A stretch of DNA of 57,397 bases, filler included, from Basidioascus undulatus (lineage: Eukaryota), in assembly GCA_000826855.1 (NCBI GenBank). It is 5 parts of 5 records of this genome, joined end to end, with 100 filler letters (N's around TTAATTAATTAA, not from the genome) between each part and the next. Parts side by side here need not be neighbours in the genome. Positions count along the whole stretch, not along the records: positions 34,524 to 45,919 come from JTLS01001014.1; positions 46,020 to 57,397 come from JTLS01001015.1; 3 more parts are not named here. The stretch is one strand, 5' to 3'. A program made the position numbers and the translations under genes. Below are positions 41,730-53,916 of the stretch, one piece after another (position 1 is the stretch's first letter; every line of letters begins with the position of its first letter). The notes beneath the pieces are model-generated. The model ran no database searches, was not told where the DNA came from, and saw only the letters and a program-made list of their open reading frames with translations.

Positions 41730-43722
41730 ATGACTAGCCTTGCTACTGATCTTCAAAACATACTCGATCGATTCACGAGCGGCCCCTCTCCGGACCTGCC
41801 CGTGTGCGTTCCGCGACGCCAGTGCACTCTTCTCAGCAAGCTGACCGGTAATGAGCTACAGTGCGGTCGCCCACGTCGCTAGCCTTGATGGCAAGCTGAC
41901 TTTCAAGGGAGCGTCCGGAAAGCTAAAGGAGGGCTCGGATGAACCCGCAAAGCCGGATAGCGTATTCTGGATGTACGCATGTGCTTGAGCTGTGCGTTCT
42001 CGAGGTTGCTGACCAGCTCTGATCGACACCATCAGTGCGTCCTGCACCAAGCTGGTCGTAGTCATCGGCGTCCTCCAGGCCGTTGAGAATGACCTTCTCA
42101 AGCTTGATGAGCCCCTGCCGGAAAAGGTCCAGGCCGTCATCCCGAAGCTCATGTATGTATGGCGTTCACGGTCTCCCCATTGACGCAAGCAATACTGAAT
42201 TGCAGCTTTTCGAAACAGTCTGACAGGCTATGAGGAGGACTCAAAGACTCCAATCCTGGTCTCGACGGAAAATACCCCAACCCTTCGCCAGTGCCTTCTG
42301 CACATCGATGGCAGCGCCCTAATTTTCGACGACCCCATCATTCGCGACTACATCCTTGCTAACAAAGATACTCTCCGAGGTCCGGGCACTCTAGTGCGTG
42401 ATTATACTTCCAATAATCTCTTCATCCCGCCCTTACCGGTGTTTCTGCAGAGCGACGTGCAAAGCCCGCTTCGCGCTGAGCCCGGTCAGCGATGGTGGTA
42501 TGGCCACGGCATCGATTGTGCGGGAAGCTTTTGTCTCCTCTCTTTCATGATGATATACGATCTATGGCTCACATAGGCGCTGCACAGACGCTGGTCTCGC
42601 TGTCGAGGCCGTTACGGGTCAACGGTAAACCGTAGTGGCCCGCTCCTGTGCTGCTTTTCACCAATAACGTACCTTTTTCTCCTCAGTCTGGGCGATTACC
42701 TCCGCCAAAACGTATACGAGCCCCTTGGACTTACCCAAATCAGCCATCGTCCGCTCGAGTACCACGACGCTGTCGACCGCGCGCAACTGCGGGCCCGCAA
42801 GCCGGACGGCAGCTTCGCGCCGCTGCCGCACTTCTTCGAGGAGGTGGAATACGATGCCGGTGGAGCGGGGGTGCGCAATGCTTATACCTTCTCAGTCGCT
42901 CAGAGATACTCTCGCTAAATAGTCGGTTCCTTCAGATTCACGGGTACGCGTTGGAGAACCATCGCCTTTAGGTAGACGCCAGGCTTACGAAGTCACTCCA
43001 TAGGTCTCTCGAGGATTACACGCAGCTCCTGCTCACGCTGCTGGGCAACGGAACACACCCTTCCGGCGTGACGATTCTGGAGCCCGAGACTGTCGAGCTG
43101 CTGCGCTCCCCGGGGCTGACTCTTGAACAAGCTCGCACGCTCGATACCACCATTCCCTGCGTACGTCCGAGGTAGTCGCTGTTCCGGCCGAGTAATTAAC
43201 ATTTCTCCTTATAGTCTTTCCCGGTGTTGTCAAACGAGCACGCTCTTATTCCGGGAACCGAGAAGAACTGGGCACTGGGTAAGTTTCGGCCATAGCGGTA
43301 CACCACTAACAGAATTCTAATATCTATCTTTAGGTGGGTTGGTGACGCCCAGCGGAGGTCCATGCCGCGGCGCAGGGTCTTTGTCGTGGTGCGGCTTGTC
43401 CAACGTGAGCCTGCCCACGACACAGCCGCGAAAAACTGTCTTACTTTTCTTCCCAGATTTACTACGTGGTAGACTGGCAGAAGGGTTACGTCGTGAGTCT
43501 ATCACGTAGGGGACTGGGGGGCTGCCATTCGCTGAGTACGACTTGGAATAGGCAATCGCGGGAACGCGTGAGTACATGCTCCGCAGTGCACTTTGAAGAC
43601 GGACCTCTCTCACTCTCTCTGACCATTGAGCAGAGCTGCTACCCTGCTGGGATGCGAAGTCCCTTCAGTTCTGGAACGAGTTCCTCAAGGTTGTTTTCAC
43701 AGCCGCGAGCAAGACGGAGTGA
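41730..43722 (+). CDS. Beta-lactamase/transpeptidase-like serine hydrolase (LovD/EstB-like esterase)
   Basis: SxxK motif ASCTK, PTLRQCLLH, EPGQRWWYG, LGDYLRQNVYEPLG, GSLSWCGLSN and QLLPCWD. Stop 43720-43722; not every junction verified. Confidence 0.85.
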
Positions 43723-43963
43723 AGAGTCCGTCAAATGCTTCTCTTACGTTCAAAGCTTTCGGGGCGCATTTGTGCGAAGTCATACATTGGTCTACGAGCT
43801 CAGTGCAGAACAACACCAAACTCGACAGCGTGCATACAGAACACGGCGGCAGCGCTCGAGCTTCAAGTACATACAGACATTCACGTCGGAGCAGAACAAC
43901 CGTGACCAAGAACAAAGAAGACATGGGTGGGAGAAGCCAAGAAGAGGAAGGATTTCGTAAAGC

Positions 43964-45919
43964 TCAACGCTTGTTGGTGGCCTCGACGGTCTCGACCTCG
44001 CCCTTCTCGCCCTTGAACGAGCCGCTTTCGAGGTCTTGCGTGTGGTTAGACGGGCCAGGCTGGTGCTCGCCAGGAGCTACCGCTCCAGTCGCGTCTCCTT
44101 CGCCGGCGATGCGAGCGGTTTCTGCAGACGATAGAGTCAGCAAAGGGTCGCTACCTGGGAATGGCGGTGCGAAAGACTGACCGAAGTGGGATCCCCTCGC
44201 TTCTTTCCCGACTGCAGTCCAGATCGCGATACCAGTCGCGATGAGCGCCGTGGCGACGCCTTGCAAGAAGACGTAGCTCAGCGATGCGCAGTCACAGGAT
44301 AAACGTCAAGCTCTCACCCATCGTCGGCCCGTACGCCGGCGCGAGTTTTCCGGTACGGCTCTTGATTAGGTTGCTCTCCGAGATGGCGGTGACGATCTCG
44401 GCGGCGGGCGAGGAGATCCTGCATCGAAGCAGCGTGAGCTAAAGAGCGGGATGTCGGGAAGTGTCCTGACTTGCATGTTCCCGATCTGATACGCAATGCC
44501 TGGATCAAAAGAGACTTAGTCAAGGGGAGCGGTGCTGATGCTTCCACTGCCGGGGCCATACCTGGGAAGGACGACCGGAAAGCCGGGGGCGACAGCTCAC
44601 TGCGGATGGAAGAACGGGTCAGACGTGGAGAAGCAGGACCGATGAAAATGATGTACTTACTTCAGGTGGATTGGGATGACCTACTCAGTGTACTTATGTC
44701 AGCCTCTAGACTCAATATAATTTTAACGACGAAGGCCTACCCCCCACGCTCCCTGTACGAAGAACTGCGAGCGCAACCATCAACGATGTGAGTCTCCCTC
44801 GTATTCTCGAAACTGCAACAGATGTCCTGCTTACTTGAAGCATGAAAGAGCCCGCGGACAGTCCGCCGATGGAGTTGGGGAGAATCCAAGCAGGAATGCT
44901 AAGCTCAGGTCGGGATGGTCGGCGCGGATTTGTAGGCGGATGTCAACGCAAAGAAACCTACAGGCAGGCCGCGAGGATAGCGGAGATGATGATGGCGCGG
45001 CGGCGTCCGATAGACTGGCTCACGTATCCGATCACTGCTCCTCCAACACAAGCTCCAGTCTTGGCGATGCTGCAAACGAGGAGTCAAGGCGCTGGTCGTT
45101 GAAAGAAGGAAATGATGCGCACATGGTCGCAACGCTCGCCTGCTGGCTGCTGTACTCCTTGCCTCTGTTGGAACAATGAAAGTTTTAGTTCCAGGCCGTA
45201 TGGAGCTGAAATAAATGTTAAAAAAATCTCAATGTTGCACGAAGGTGGGGTAGGAGTCTTGCGTAGTGTGGCTTCAAACGGGCGGTGTCAGACAACGTTG
45301 GCGCAACGTTGCCGTGCCAGAGGTGAAGCAGGGGCCCTCACGAGAAGAAGTTGAACAGCGCCATGAGGACGCAAGCGTAGATGCAGCGGCGCCAGCTGGT
45401 TTTTAGGACTTGACCGGCCTCTTTCATGAATTGCTTGGTATGATGTCCTCGCTGACCAGACTTTATTTTGGACTCGCTGGCACCGTCATGTGGCCGACAA
45501 GAAAGCTGTAATTGAAGAAATACTGACAGCCTTGGCCTTAATAAACTGCTCCGACTCTGGACAGAAGCAACGAGCGATGCCGACCAAAACGCTCGCGACC
45601 GCGCCAACGTAGAAGAGCCTGAAAACGGCGGTCAACAGTGGGGAACCATCGCCGCCACGACCAAGACTCACATCTTGAACGACTCGCTGCTCTTCGGTAC
45701 GATGGACAGGTTGAGGACCGCCGCAAGCAAATATCCCAAAGAATAGCTTGAAGTCGCAGAGTCAGTCACGGCGGGGGAGGATCGGATGCCCTGCAGAAGC
45801 TCACCCTTGCTGCAGGATGCCGCTCATGAGCCCGCGCGGACGCGTCGGCATGCTCTCCAAAGCCATGGCGATCTTACAGAAAGAGCCCCTTGGTTAGAAA
45901 TGGACTATATGCTGGTCTG
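43964..45919 (-). CDS. JEN1: JEN1-family carboxylate/H+ symporter (MFS), 3' half
   Basis: ALESMPTRPRGLMSGILQQGYSLGYLLAA, CPESEQF, LMALFNFFS, SQYIGRRRAI, FFVQGAWG, ELSPPAFRSSFPG, AYQIGNM and GKEARGSHF. Stop 43964-43966. Confidence 0.9.
45829..45919. repeat. 91-nt terminal direct repeat, right copy (identical to 34524-34614)
   Basis: Last 91 nt of contig 4 match its first 91 nt exactly. Confidence 0.97.
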
Positions 45920-46019
45920 NNNNNNNNNNNNNNNNNNNNNNNNNNNNNNNNNNNNNNNNNNNNTTAATTAATTAANNNNNNNNNNNNNNNNNNNNNNNNN
46001 NNNNNNNNNNNNNNNNNNN
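45920..46019. other. Artificial contig linker
   Basis: N44-TTAATTAATTAA-N44. Confidence 0.98.
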
Positions 46020-47335
46020 CCTCTCGCGCAGCCCGTGCACTTCCGGCCGACCGTCGCATCCACCGCCTCGTGGATCGAGCCGCGCTGTTGCCCACAGCCG
46101 GGGCTTTCAGCGCTCAGCCCCTCCCGACCGACGACAGGGACGCTGACGAGCTCCCCGACGTCGTCCTTCTCCGGGCTCTCCACCTCGTCCTCGGGCACCG
46201 AGATCTACTCCACACCGCCTTCCTCCCAACCCACATACCTCCCCTCGCCCGATATCGCCTGCGCGAGCTACCCGACCGCGACGCTCCCTCCCGCCGCCAC
46301 GCCCGTCCCTGCAGCCGCTCCTACCCCCGCCTCGGGATCCGCGTCCGGGTCCGACTCGACGGCGACTCCAGCCCCAAAGCAGGAGGGGAAACAGGACAAG
46401 GAGAGCCCCGATGCGCCCAAGAAGGAGAAGCTCCCGCGCGGCGTGGCGGGCGGGCGCGCGACGGCGGCGAAGCGCAAGGCGGAGAAGGACGGACTTCCGC
46501 CGCCTGAGGAGACTGCAGAGAAGCTCGCGCACAAGCGGCGGGTTGCTGAACAGGTACGTCTCTGTTCGTCGGCCTTCTCTGACGGCTAGGCTCTGACGCA
46601 CTGGCCCGGGCTTGCGCAGTCGAAGGATTTCAGAGTTCGCAAGAAGAACTACACCGAGGTGGGTTGGCTTTTTCCGTTGCAGTTGTTCGTCTGCCTTGTT
46701 TCTGGTCGTTAGACTGACCCTAAAGCTTCCTCCCCCTTGAAGCGCCTGCAAAACCACATCAATCAGTTCCACGCGTTCGTGGTGTCGACTTTCGAAAAGA
46801 TTGCGGATGGCGGCCTACCCTACGTGCGTTTTTCTTGTCCCCCCCCGGTCCCTTTTAGCTTCACTTTCTCGGCCTTCCCGGAATCTTATCCGCCTGGACC
46901 GTTTATTAGGATCCCGCTCTGCACGACCCCAAGCTCTTCGCAAAGCCAGCGTGGATCGACGAGGACCAGAAGCCCAAGAAGAAGCAGCGCCGGTCCAAGC
47001 GCGCCCTGGCATCTTCCGCTGCTGGCCCCGCTGCCTCCTCGTTGTCGTCTGCTCCAGCACCGGAGGACCAGCAGGCGCAGCCGCGCTCCCTCCTGACCGC
47101 CGACCCGTTCGAGCTCGGGTCGATCGGCCCGCTGGAGGAGCAGGAGCGTCGTCTGTGGGAGGAGCGGATGGTGAGTCGTTCCATAGCCAACTTTGGGCAT
47201 TTGATCGCGGCCGCTCATGTAGCTGTCGGTGGCCTTCAGGCCCTCCGGGAGGACTTGGTGCGGACGCAAGCCCGCGCGCAGGTGACGCTGCAGAACCTGC
47301 ACTTGCACATAGGCGGGACGTCCGGGTCGGGTTGA
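46020..47335 (+). CDS. bZIP-like protein with non-canonical basic region, 5' end lost
   Basis: Introns 46554-46619 and 46659-46742 join EKLAHKRRVAEQ|SKDFRVRKKNYTE|RLQNHINQF. NLS-like KPKKKQRRSKR; stop 47333-47335. Confidence 0.6.
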
Positions 47336-48222
47336 AGTTTCTTTAGATACGCGCGGGTTACTTTTTTTGGGACGCTGGATTTTCTCTTGGGATTTCGGGA
47401 AAATGGGCTTGCCTGCCTGTTGTGCACGCTGCTACGCTGTTTGTTGTCTGTCCGCTTGTCATGTACCCGCTGTCTTCGTTAGGCGTTTTTCTAGTCACAC
47501 TGTACGATACCCCTTGCAACCCTGCTCGATACCCTTTTTGAAACTTTCCAATGACTTTGTGCATACATCCCCTGCCTATGCCCGTACTCGTGTGAAGATT
47601 TGATCGACAGTCGCCCGCACTGCTCCTCGCTGGTCTGGGTGGCCCAACACTTCCCGCAGTACAGACGCACAATGCAGTATACCAACTCAATATTAATAAC
47701 ATTTAATGTGGAACTTTGATAACATCGAATGTGGGAGGGTTCGTCGTGGGACATGCAAGGGGAACACTGGAAGAGTCGCTGGACTGAAGTAGATGCTACC
47801 ACTCAAGCCATGCTCCGCCCCACTTTCAGACCCTCCACCAGATTAAAAGGCTCTGCTAGATGTCTTTACGCATTATAACGAAGAACATACTGTCTTAGAG
47901 AAATGAGGCGGAGGAGGTAAGCGTTTATTTGGCGGACCACGAAGGGCGCGTTTACGGGAATCTAACCTAAAGGGGACACCCAACGAGAAAAGATTCGCCT
48001 CGTCGAGTGGACTTCGCGCTGCGAGCTTGCCTTACCCTCACCGCCCCTTCGTAAGACTAACTTGCTGCACGATCTGCGCATATTTTTCGTAGCTGACGCT
48101 CAGTCTCTCGTGTCCATCGTCTTCCCCGCCCCCGCCGCTTTCCGCCGATACCGAATACCCCACGACCCCCGTCCACGCCCTTGCTGTCCTCCGCCCGCTC
48201 TCCTAGCAGTTCAAGATCCAAG

Positions 48223-49383
48223 ATGGCCGACACCGGTGTCCAGGTCGAGCGCGCTTTCCAGAAGCAGCCCATCTTCCACAACACCAAGGCTCGTGGTGGC
48301 AAGAAGGTCTCCACCAAGGAGAAGCGGTGGTACAAGGTGAGGCGCGAGCCCGAGAGCTGGCGGAGCGCAGTCCGGGAGAGGTGGGCTGGGAGCTAGGAGT
48401 ATAGGCGGGCATGGGCTCCGGAGCGGTATGGCAGTCGGGCGGGATGGTTGAGGCGGTTGGCGGGATGGACCGGGCGCGTGGCAGGATTTCCAGTGCGTAT
48501 TCCGGGATGGGCTGCTGACTGGCTGGACGCGGCGGGCAGGACGTCGGTCTTGGCTTCAAGACCCCGACCGAGGCCATCAACGGCACTTACATCGGTACGT
48601 GCCCTTTTTTGGGAGTAAAGGGGTGTCGGAGGTGATGCTGACGAGCTTCGTTTGCCGTTCCCTCCTCCCCCTACGACCGTTCCCACCCTCACGCGACCTC
48701 TTCCTTCGACCGCTTTCTCCTCATGCCTTTTCACGACCCACCGCCCATCGCGTTTTCACGCCCTCCCCGTCCTCACCACCACCTCCTCGCACCTCTTTGC
48801 ATGACCGGCTCCTCCAGACAAGAAGTGCCCGTGGACCGGTGACGTCTCCATCCGTGGCCGCATCCTCACCGGCAAGGTCGTCTCGACCAAGATGACCCGC
48901 ACAATCATCATGTGCGTTTTCTCTTGCCTACGGAGGGATCAAGGCTTGGTGCTGATTTGCACGATCCGGGTCTCTTCAGCCGCCGGGACTACCTCCACTA
49001 CATCCCCAAGTACAACCGTTACGAGAAGCGGTGAGTGCGCGCGCTGGTGGGCTGGTTGGCTGTCGGGGCGCTGAATGGTTGCCCGCGTACAGCCACAAGA
49101 ACCTCGCGGTCCACGCTTCTCCGGCGTTCCGCGTGCGTCCATTCCCGTTCTCCTTGCGTCAACTCGCATATTCGTCCTGACCTTCCCTTCGCACCGGACA
49201 GATTGAGGTTGGTGACTCAGTTATCGTCGGCCAGTGCCGCCCGCTCTCCAAGACGGTCCGCTTCAACGTCCTCCGTGTCGTGAAGAACCGTGCTGCCGCC
49301 AAGGTCCGGTATCCCACCCTCCCCTACCTTCTCCGACTGACCACCATGCTTCTTGTCTTTGACAGGCCTTCGCCAAGTTCTGA
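48223..49383 (+). CDS. RPS11: 40S ribosomal protein S11 (uS17)
   Basis: [16 protein letters not shown]...[14 protein letters not shown]...[21 protein letters not shown]...[11 protein letters not shown]...[15 protein letters not shown]...AFAKF*. Probable 5'UTR intron 48051-48206 or 48051-48209. Confidence 0.97.
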
Positions 49384-51494
49384 GCGTGCCTGGTGCCGGT
49401 CGGGGCTTCGGGTCATTGGGGGCTCGCAGGGGTTGTATGCATATGGGCGCGCGCTTGTACCCAGCCGCGTGATCTTCCAAGTCTCTCTTTATGACTACAA
49501 GACGTAGATGCGCCGTTCCGCGCCCGTCTCGTGCTACTAATGTAAGCTTCACGCCTACGCTCGTGCAATGCGGGATTGCTTCACCTCGTTCAGAGGTTCT
49601 TCGATCGCGATACAGCCACACAGAGCGCCTTACTCTTCTCGTTCGTCAAACCCTCGTCGTCGGCAATTTTCACACTGTACCAGGGCGCCGTTTTGCACGG
49701 TGCAGAAGCAACAGCCACTTCGCGCATTCAGAACTTTTTAATCTCGGCATCGAACATGACCGCAAGCTTCATTGACGGAGATCATCCTAGGCAGGCTGAT
49801 GAAGAGAGATTGAGAGTGGACATCACACCGTCCGTACGGAGGCACAGCTTTGTGCTCGAGGCGGTCGGAGAGTATCGACCTCCGGTTTGCCTCCAGTAGT
49901 CGCTCTTGCTTCGGATTCACGGAGGTAGGCTCACTTGTTGCTTGCCGATGTCCACTACGCCAACCCAGCTTATGCGGTGTGGTTTATACTGTGTAGAAAA
50001 TCCATTCGTGGTTATGTCTGATGTGCGGGTGGCTCTGAATGAGGTCAAGATATGGAAGAGGAGGTGCGCGGCCGTGTGTTGTTGCTGCCTCATGCCGGAA
50101 GAAAATCGCCTGTGCGCTCCTGAGAGTAGTGGTGGGTTTGGCTTGGTATGTCAGGATCGAGGTTGTGACAGGAAACAATCAAGTGTGCGGGTACGCCTGT
50201 TCACCAGCAAGGGGATAGTAAGTGCGGCAGCTTCATCGTGTCAGTAGGCAGTGGCAGAACTGACCCGACGACTGCGAGTATGGGGGAGCGTTGTTGGTCA
50301 GGTTCATTCGCTTCTAAAATAATCGATTCACCTGGGGCGGGAAGAGTCATGCCTGAGTGAAACGTTGGGAACGACACTTCAAGAAAGCCGATTCCAAACC
50401 CCACCGTCCCTGTGAGGGGAATGCGAAGATATACCGAATCCATAGAACTAACTCCGATGTCTTCTGACTGTGCTCTTGCAAACCATGTCAGGTGCTTCCA
50501 TATCCATCTTCTCCCCATCCTCCCACTCTGTCATGCCGTTCGTAGTCGCCTGTGGACCATAGACTGCTTCGCCCCCCGAAGCCCCCCGAAGGTCTCGCGG
50601 TCTCAGCGTGGCAACATGTGTGACTTTCTCTCATAGTGAATGGGGTCATTCTAGAGATAATAAACCGTACAGGTTTGAAGCTTTCGGTGGGAGCAGGACC
50701 AGGTCCTGCGCCGGAGTACAGGCGTTTCATTGCTTTGAGTTGGTGTTGCGCTCTATCCAAGATCCCTCGAGTGACAGCCTGAAACGCTGCAGATCGGGTT
50801 TGCCTGAAAAGAAACATGCCAAGCTGACCGCCATGTATGGGACAGGCACAGATGCCTTCAGGTACCGTGTTTGACCGTGTGCGGTCAAAGTGCTGCCATC
50901 GTGCTACCGGCAGTACCTACACCGTTCAGGACGCGATATGGCACCCCCCTTTCTGTGATCTATCGCAAATCCTTGCTTGTTCTGTGACTTCTGTGAATGC
51001 CGAATCGTCAAGTTGCTACAGTACTGCTCGTGTGCATACTCAACGCGGCAGAGTTCTGGTTCGCATACACACAGATTATTGGAAGTTACACACGCCCATT
51101 AATTTTACTAGAAAGAATACTGGAGAAGATCTTACAGCAGAAAAAGTTGTTACTCAATGCTAATCCTAAAGGTGAGTTTGGTCTGTGCGTCGACGGTTGT
51201 GGCAGGACATGGTTTTGGGACGCCCTCTGCCTTGGCTTCCCGGGCCTGCGGGACGCCGTTGTCTTTCATTTTCCTGCAGAATAGTCCCTGACCATCTCTT
51301 GTACAGCAGCTACTTTTTCCCGAGTGTCTCGCTGACTGTCAGGGGTAGTCGGGGTCGCTATGAAGCAACGAGCCGTGCCCGTCCGTCCTTCACTTCCACG
51401 CCCTTCAACCCTCCTTCACTCCTCCACGCCGGGGTCTATTACCCCTCTGACATACCATACACACACACATTTACACCATACTACTTCAATCGGT

Positions 51495-53916
51495 ATGCTA
51501 TTTGGAAAGGCATCAAAGCCTTTGCTGCCTCTTCTTCTCGCTCTTCCGGGCTCGCTGGCTGGGCGCTCCCTTCGCACGAGTGAGACTGGCATGGCGACAG
51601 TCAAGACGGAGTGCCTTTCGGGCTTGGCCTACACGTTCGACGACGTACGTGGTAACTTGTTCATTCAAACTCCTCATAATCCATCTCTTGACGAAACCAG
51701 AAGCGTGTAGGGTCCGTACAAGTGGGAAGACGAAATCTCCGACTCATTTGCCAGGGTCGATGGTCACACTATAAGTAACTGGAAGTTGTAGCCCACGGGG
51801 ATGTGAAGCTAATTTTTCATACTTTCCAGACATACTTCATCAATGGGAAGAACTGGGTGAGCCTTCCGGCTCTTATGGTACAGCAGTGACTCTGCCGGGA
51901 GTCTTCACTCATTCATTGTGTCGTGGCAGGGATGCATTTATGATGATGTGAACGTCAAGCGGACAAAAAAGGCTTTCGCTCAAGGTCACCAAGTGAGCTT
52001 CATATATCATATTTTAGAGAAAGGCAATGGGCTGAAGAACCCGTGTTTCCGAACCAGCTCGCGCACCATACTTGGTCGTAAGTTTCCAGTCTCTCTTGGA
52101 TTCACGCAGTTTGGCTAGAGCATGGGAGACTAGGCACCCCCATTTGACTCAGATCAGCGATGAGGACCTCGATCGCGAAATTACCCAGGTGCGTCCGCCT
52201 ACCTAAGGGTGTCTGCACAAGCTGATCGGGAACGCACCACGGAAAAGCTCGACGAGGCTCTCGTCAAAATTCTGGGCGTCAAACTCAACTTCATCAGGTT
52301 TGCATTCTTAAAAACTGTTTCTTGCCCTGCACTCGGGTTGAACAGGTTGGTAAAGGCCCCCCTTCGGGGATGTAGACGACCGCGTTGCGAAGCGTCTTCA
52401 AGAAGTGAGGATGTCCCTCGTTTACTGATTACAGGGTTTCTAACTAAATCATTCTCTTACAGGTGCACGGGAAGACCGTCGTTCTATGGACCGAGGACTC
52501 GCTCGATAGCCGTGAATGGGCCAACCTCAGCACCACCGTTGACTTCTACCAAGGCATTGCGGACAATGCGGCTTCGACCAAGTGAGTCACCGTATAAAGA
52601 TTGAAATACTTTCTATTGACCCAGCTAATGCGATCCTCCCCGCAGCTGGGCTCCGCTTATGACCTTGTACGCTGCAGCTGGGGAGCTTTACTGACTTCAC
52701 ACTCATGAGCGCCTCTCCCACAGGTCTCACGAGGTTCACGAAGCGGCCTTTCTCGGGGTGGGTTCATCCGTCAAGGCCCTGTCCCAGGCGCGGTACAAAC
52801 TAGTTACAGTCGCCGAGTGCACCGGCCTTCCGGCTTACCAGGTTGTAGGCCAGCCCCAGCAGCGCGATGAGACGTGCGTCGCATACGTACGACCGTGCAA
52901 CGTCAAGGTTATTACTCACTTTGATCATTCAGGTGGACCTGTGCTGGGAGAAGGGAGGCTGTTGAGATTCAGCCAGTATCGCGGACGTGCCCTGGGACCC
53001 ATGTCGTTGCTGCGGGTGAGTTTTTCACTGTCCATTGTCGCTATCATTGCTCAACGAGGTTGGTGTATAGGGGACACTTGCTGGGATATTGCCAGTGCTT
53101 CAGGAATTTCCGTATCTCTATAATATTCTCCTCGGTTGTGAATCCTGACACGGAGACTGACACAGCTGTGTACCAGGTCGAGGAACTGCAATTTCTCAAT
53201 CCGAATATGAAGTGTGAGGCACTCTACATCGGGGACTCGCTGTGAACTTTTACCAGTACGTTCGTGTTTATATAAAGGACTTTTAAATGTGTATCTCACT
53301 TTTGATATATTCGGTACAGCCTCACCAAGCCCTGGCGCCGGCAGTCCGCCGAACAAGGGCGGTGGCGGTTCCACTACCACGTGCGTGACGTACAAAGTCC
53401 AGAGTGGTAACGTGGAAATCTTGCACTTACTGTTCGAACATGAACCACTAACCTGTTCCCTTCCAGGCGACACCTGCTGGGCGATCAGCCAGCAGGCCGG
53501 TCTTGAGCTGCAGGACTTCTACACCCTGAACCCCGGCATCAAGTGCGACCAGCTGGCTGTTAACCAGCCGGTTTGCGTGGGTGCCGGTAAGCCAATTTTC
53601 TCTCCTGAACTCGGCAATTTTCATCGGGCCTTGTAAGCTGACAACTGGGCTGCTGGAACAGGCGCTTCCACGGCGGATCCAGCGACCACGTACGTTGTCA
53701 TCGCTGACCATTCGTGGATTCTCTGGAATTTACACTGATACCATGCCCTTTATCTGCAGGAGTCTCTCCAACGCTTCTGTAACTGCCCTTGAAATAGTTT
53801 TGTTGGACACAACTGACTCCCGTCCTTGCAGCCCCTCCTTCATCGCCGCCGCCGTGGCCCGCTCCATCGTCGCCTCGGAGCACCCACTCCGCAGCCGCTT
53901 CATCTTGCCCGGGTAA
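51495..53916 (+). CDS. Secreted chitin deacetylase (CE4/NodB) with two C-terminal LysM (CBM50) domains
   Basis: Signal peptide MLFGKASKPLLPLLLALPGSLA. CE4 motifs TFDD|GP, HHTW.HP, IR|PPFG, DSLD and L|SHE. LysM repeats GDTCWDIA...NPNMKCEALYIGDSL and YKVQSGDTCWAIS...NPGIKCDQLAVNQPVCV. The junction after LysM1 and the 3' end are unresolved. Confidence 0.85.

Noticed and set aside
41730..43722. Antibiotic-resistance beta-lactamase or bacterial horizontal transfer
   Set aside because: Intron-rich member of a widespread fungal esterase family; the fold name does not imply lactamase activity.
48337..49365. Intronic snoRNA in RPS11
   Set aside because: No convincing box C (RTGATGA) with box D and terminal stem, and no H/ACA layout seen.
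49500..51300. Short ORFs between RPS11 and the deacetylase
   Set aside because: No coherent exon chain or recognisable motifs.
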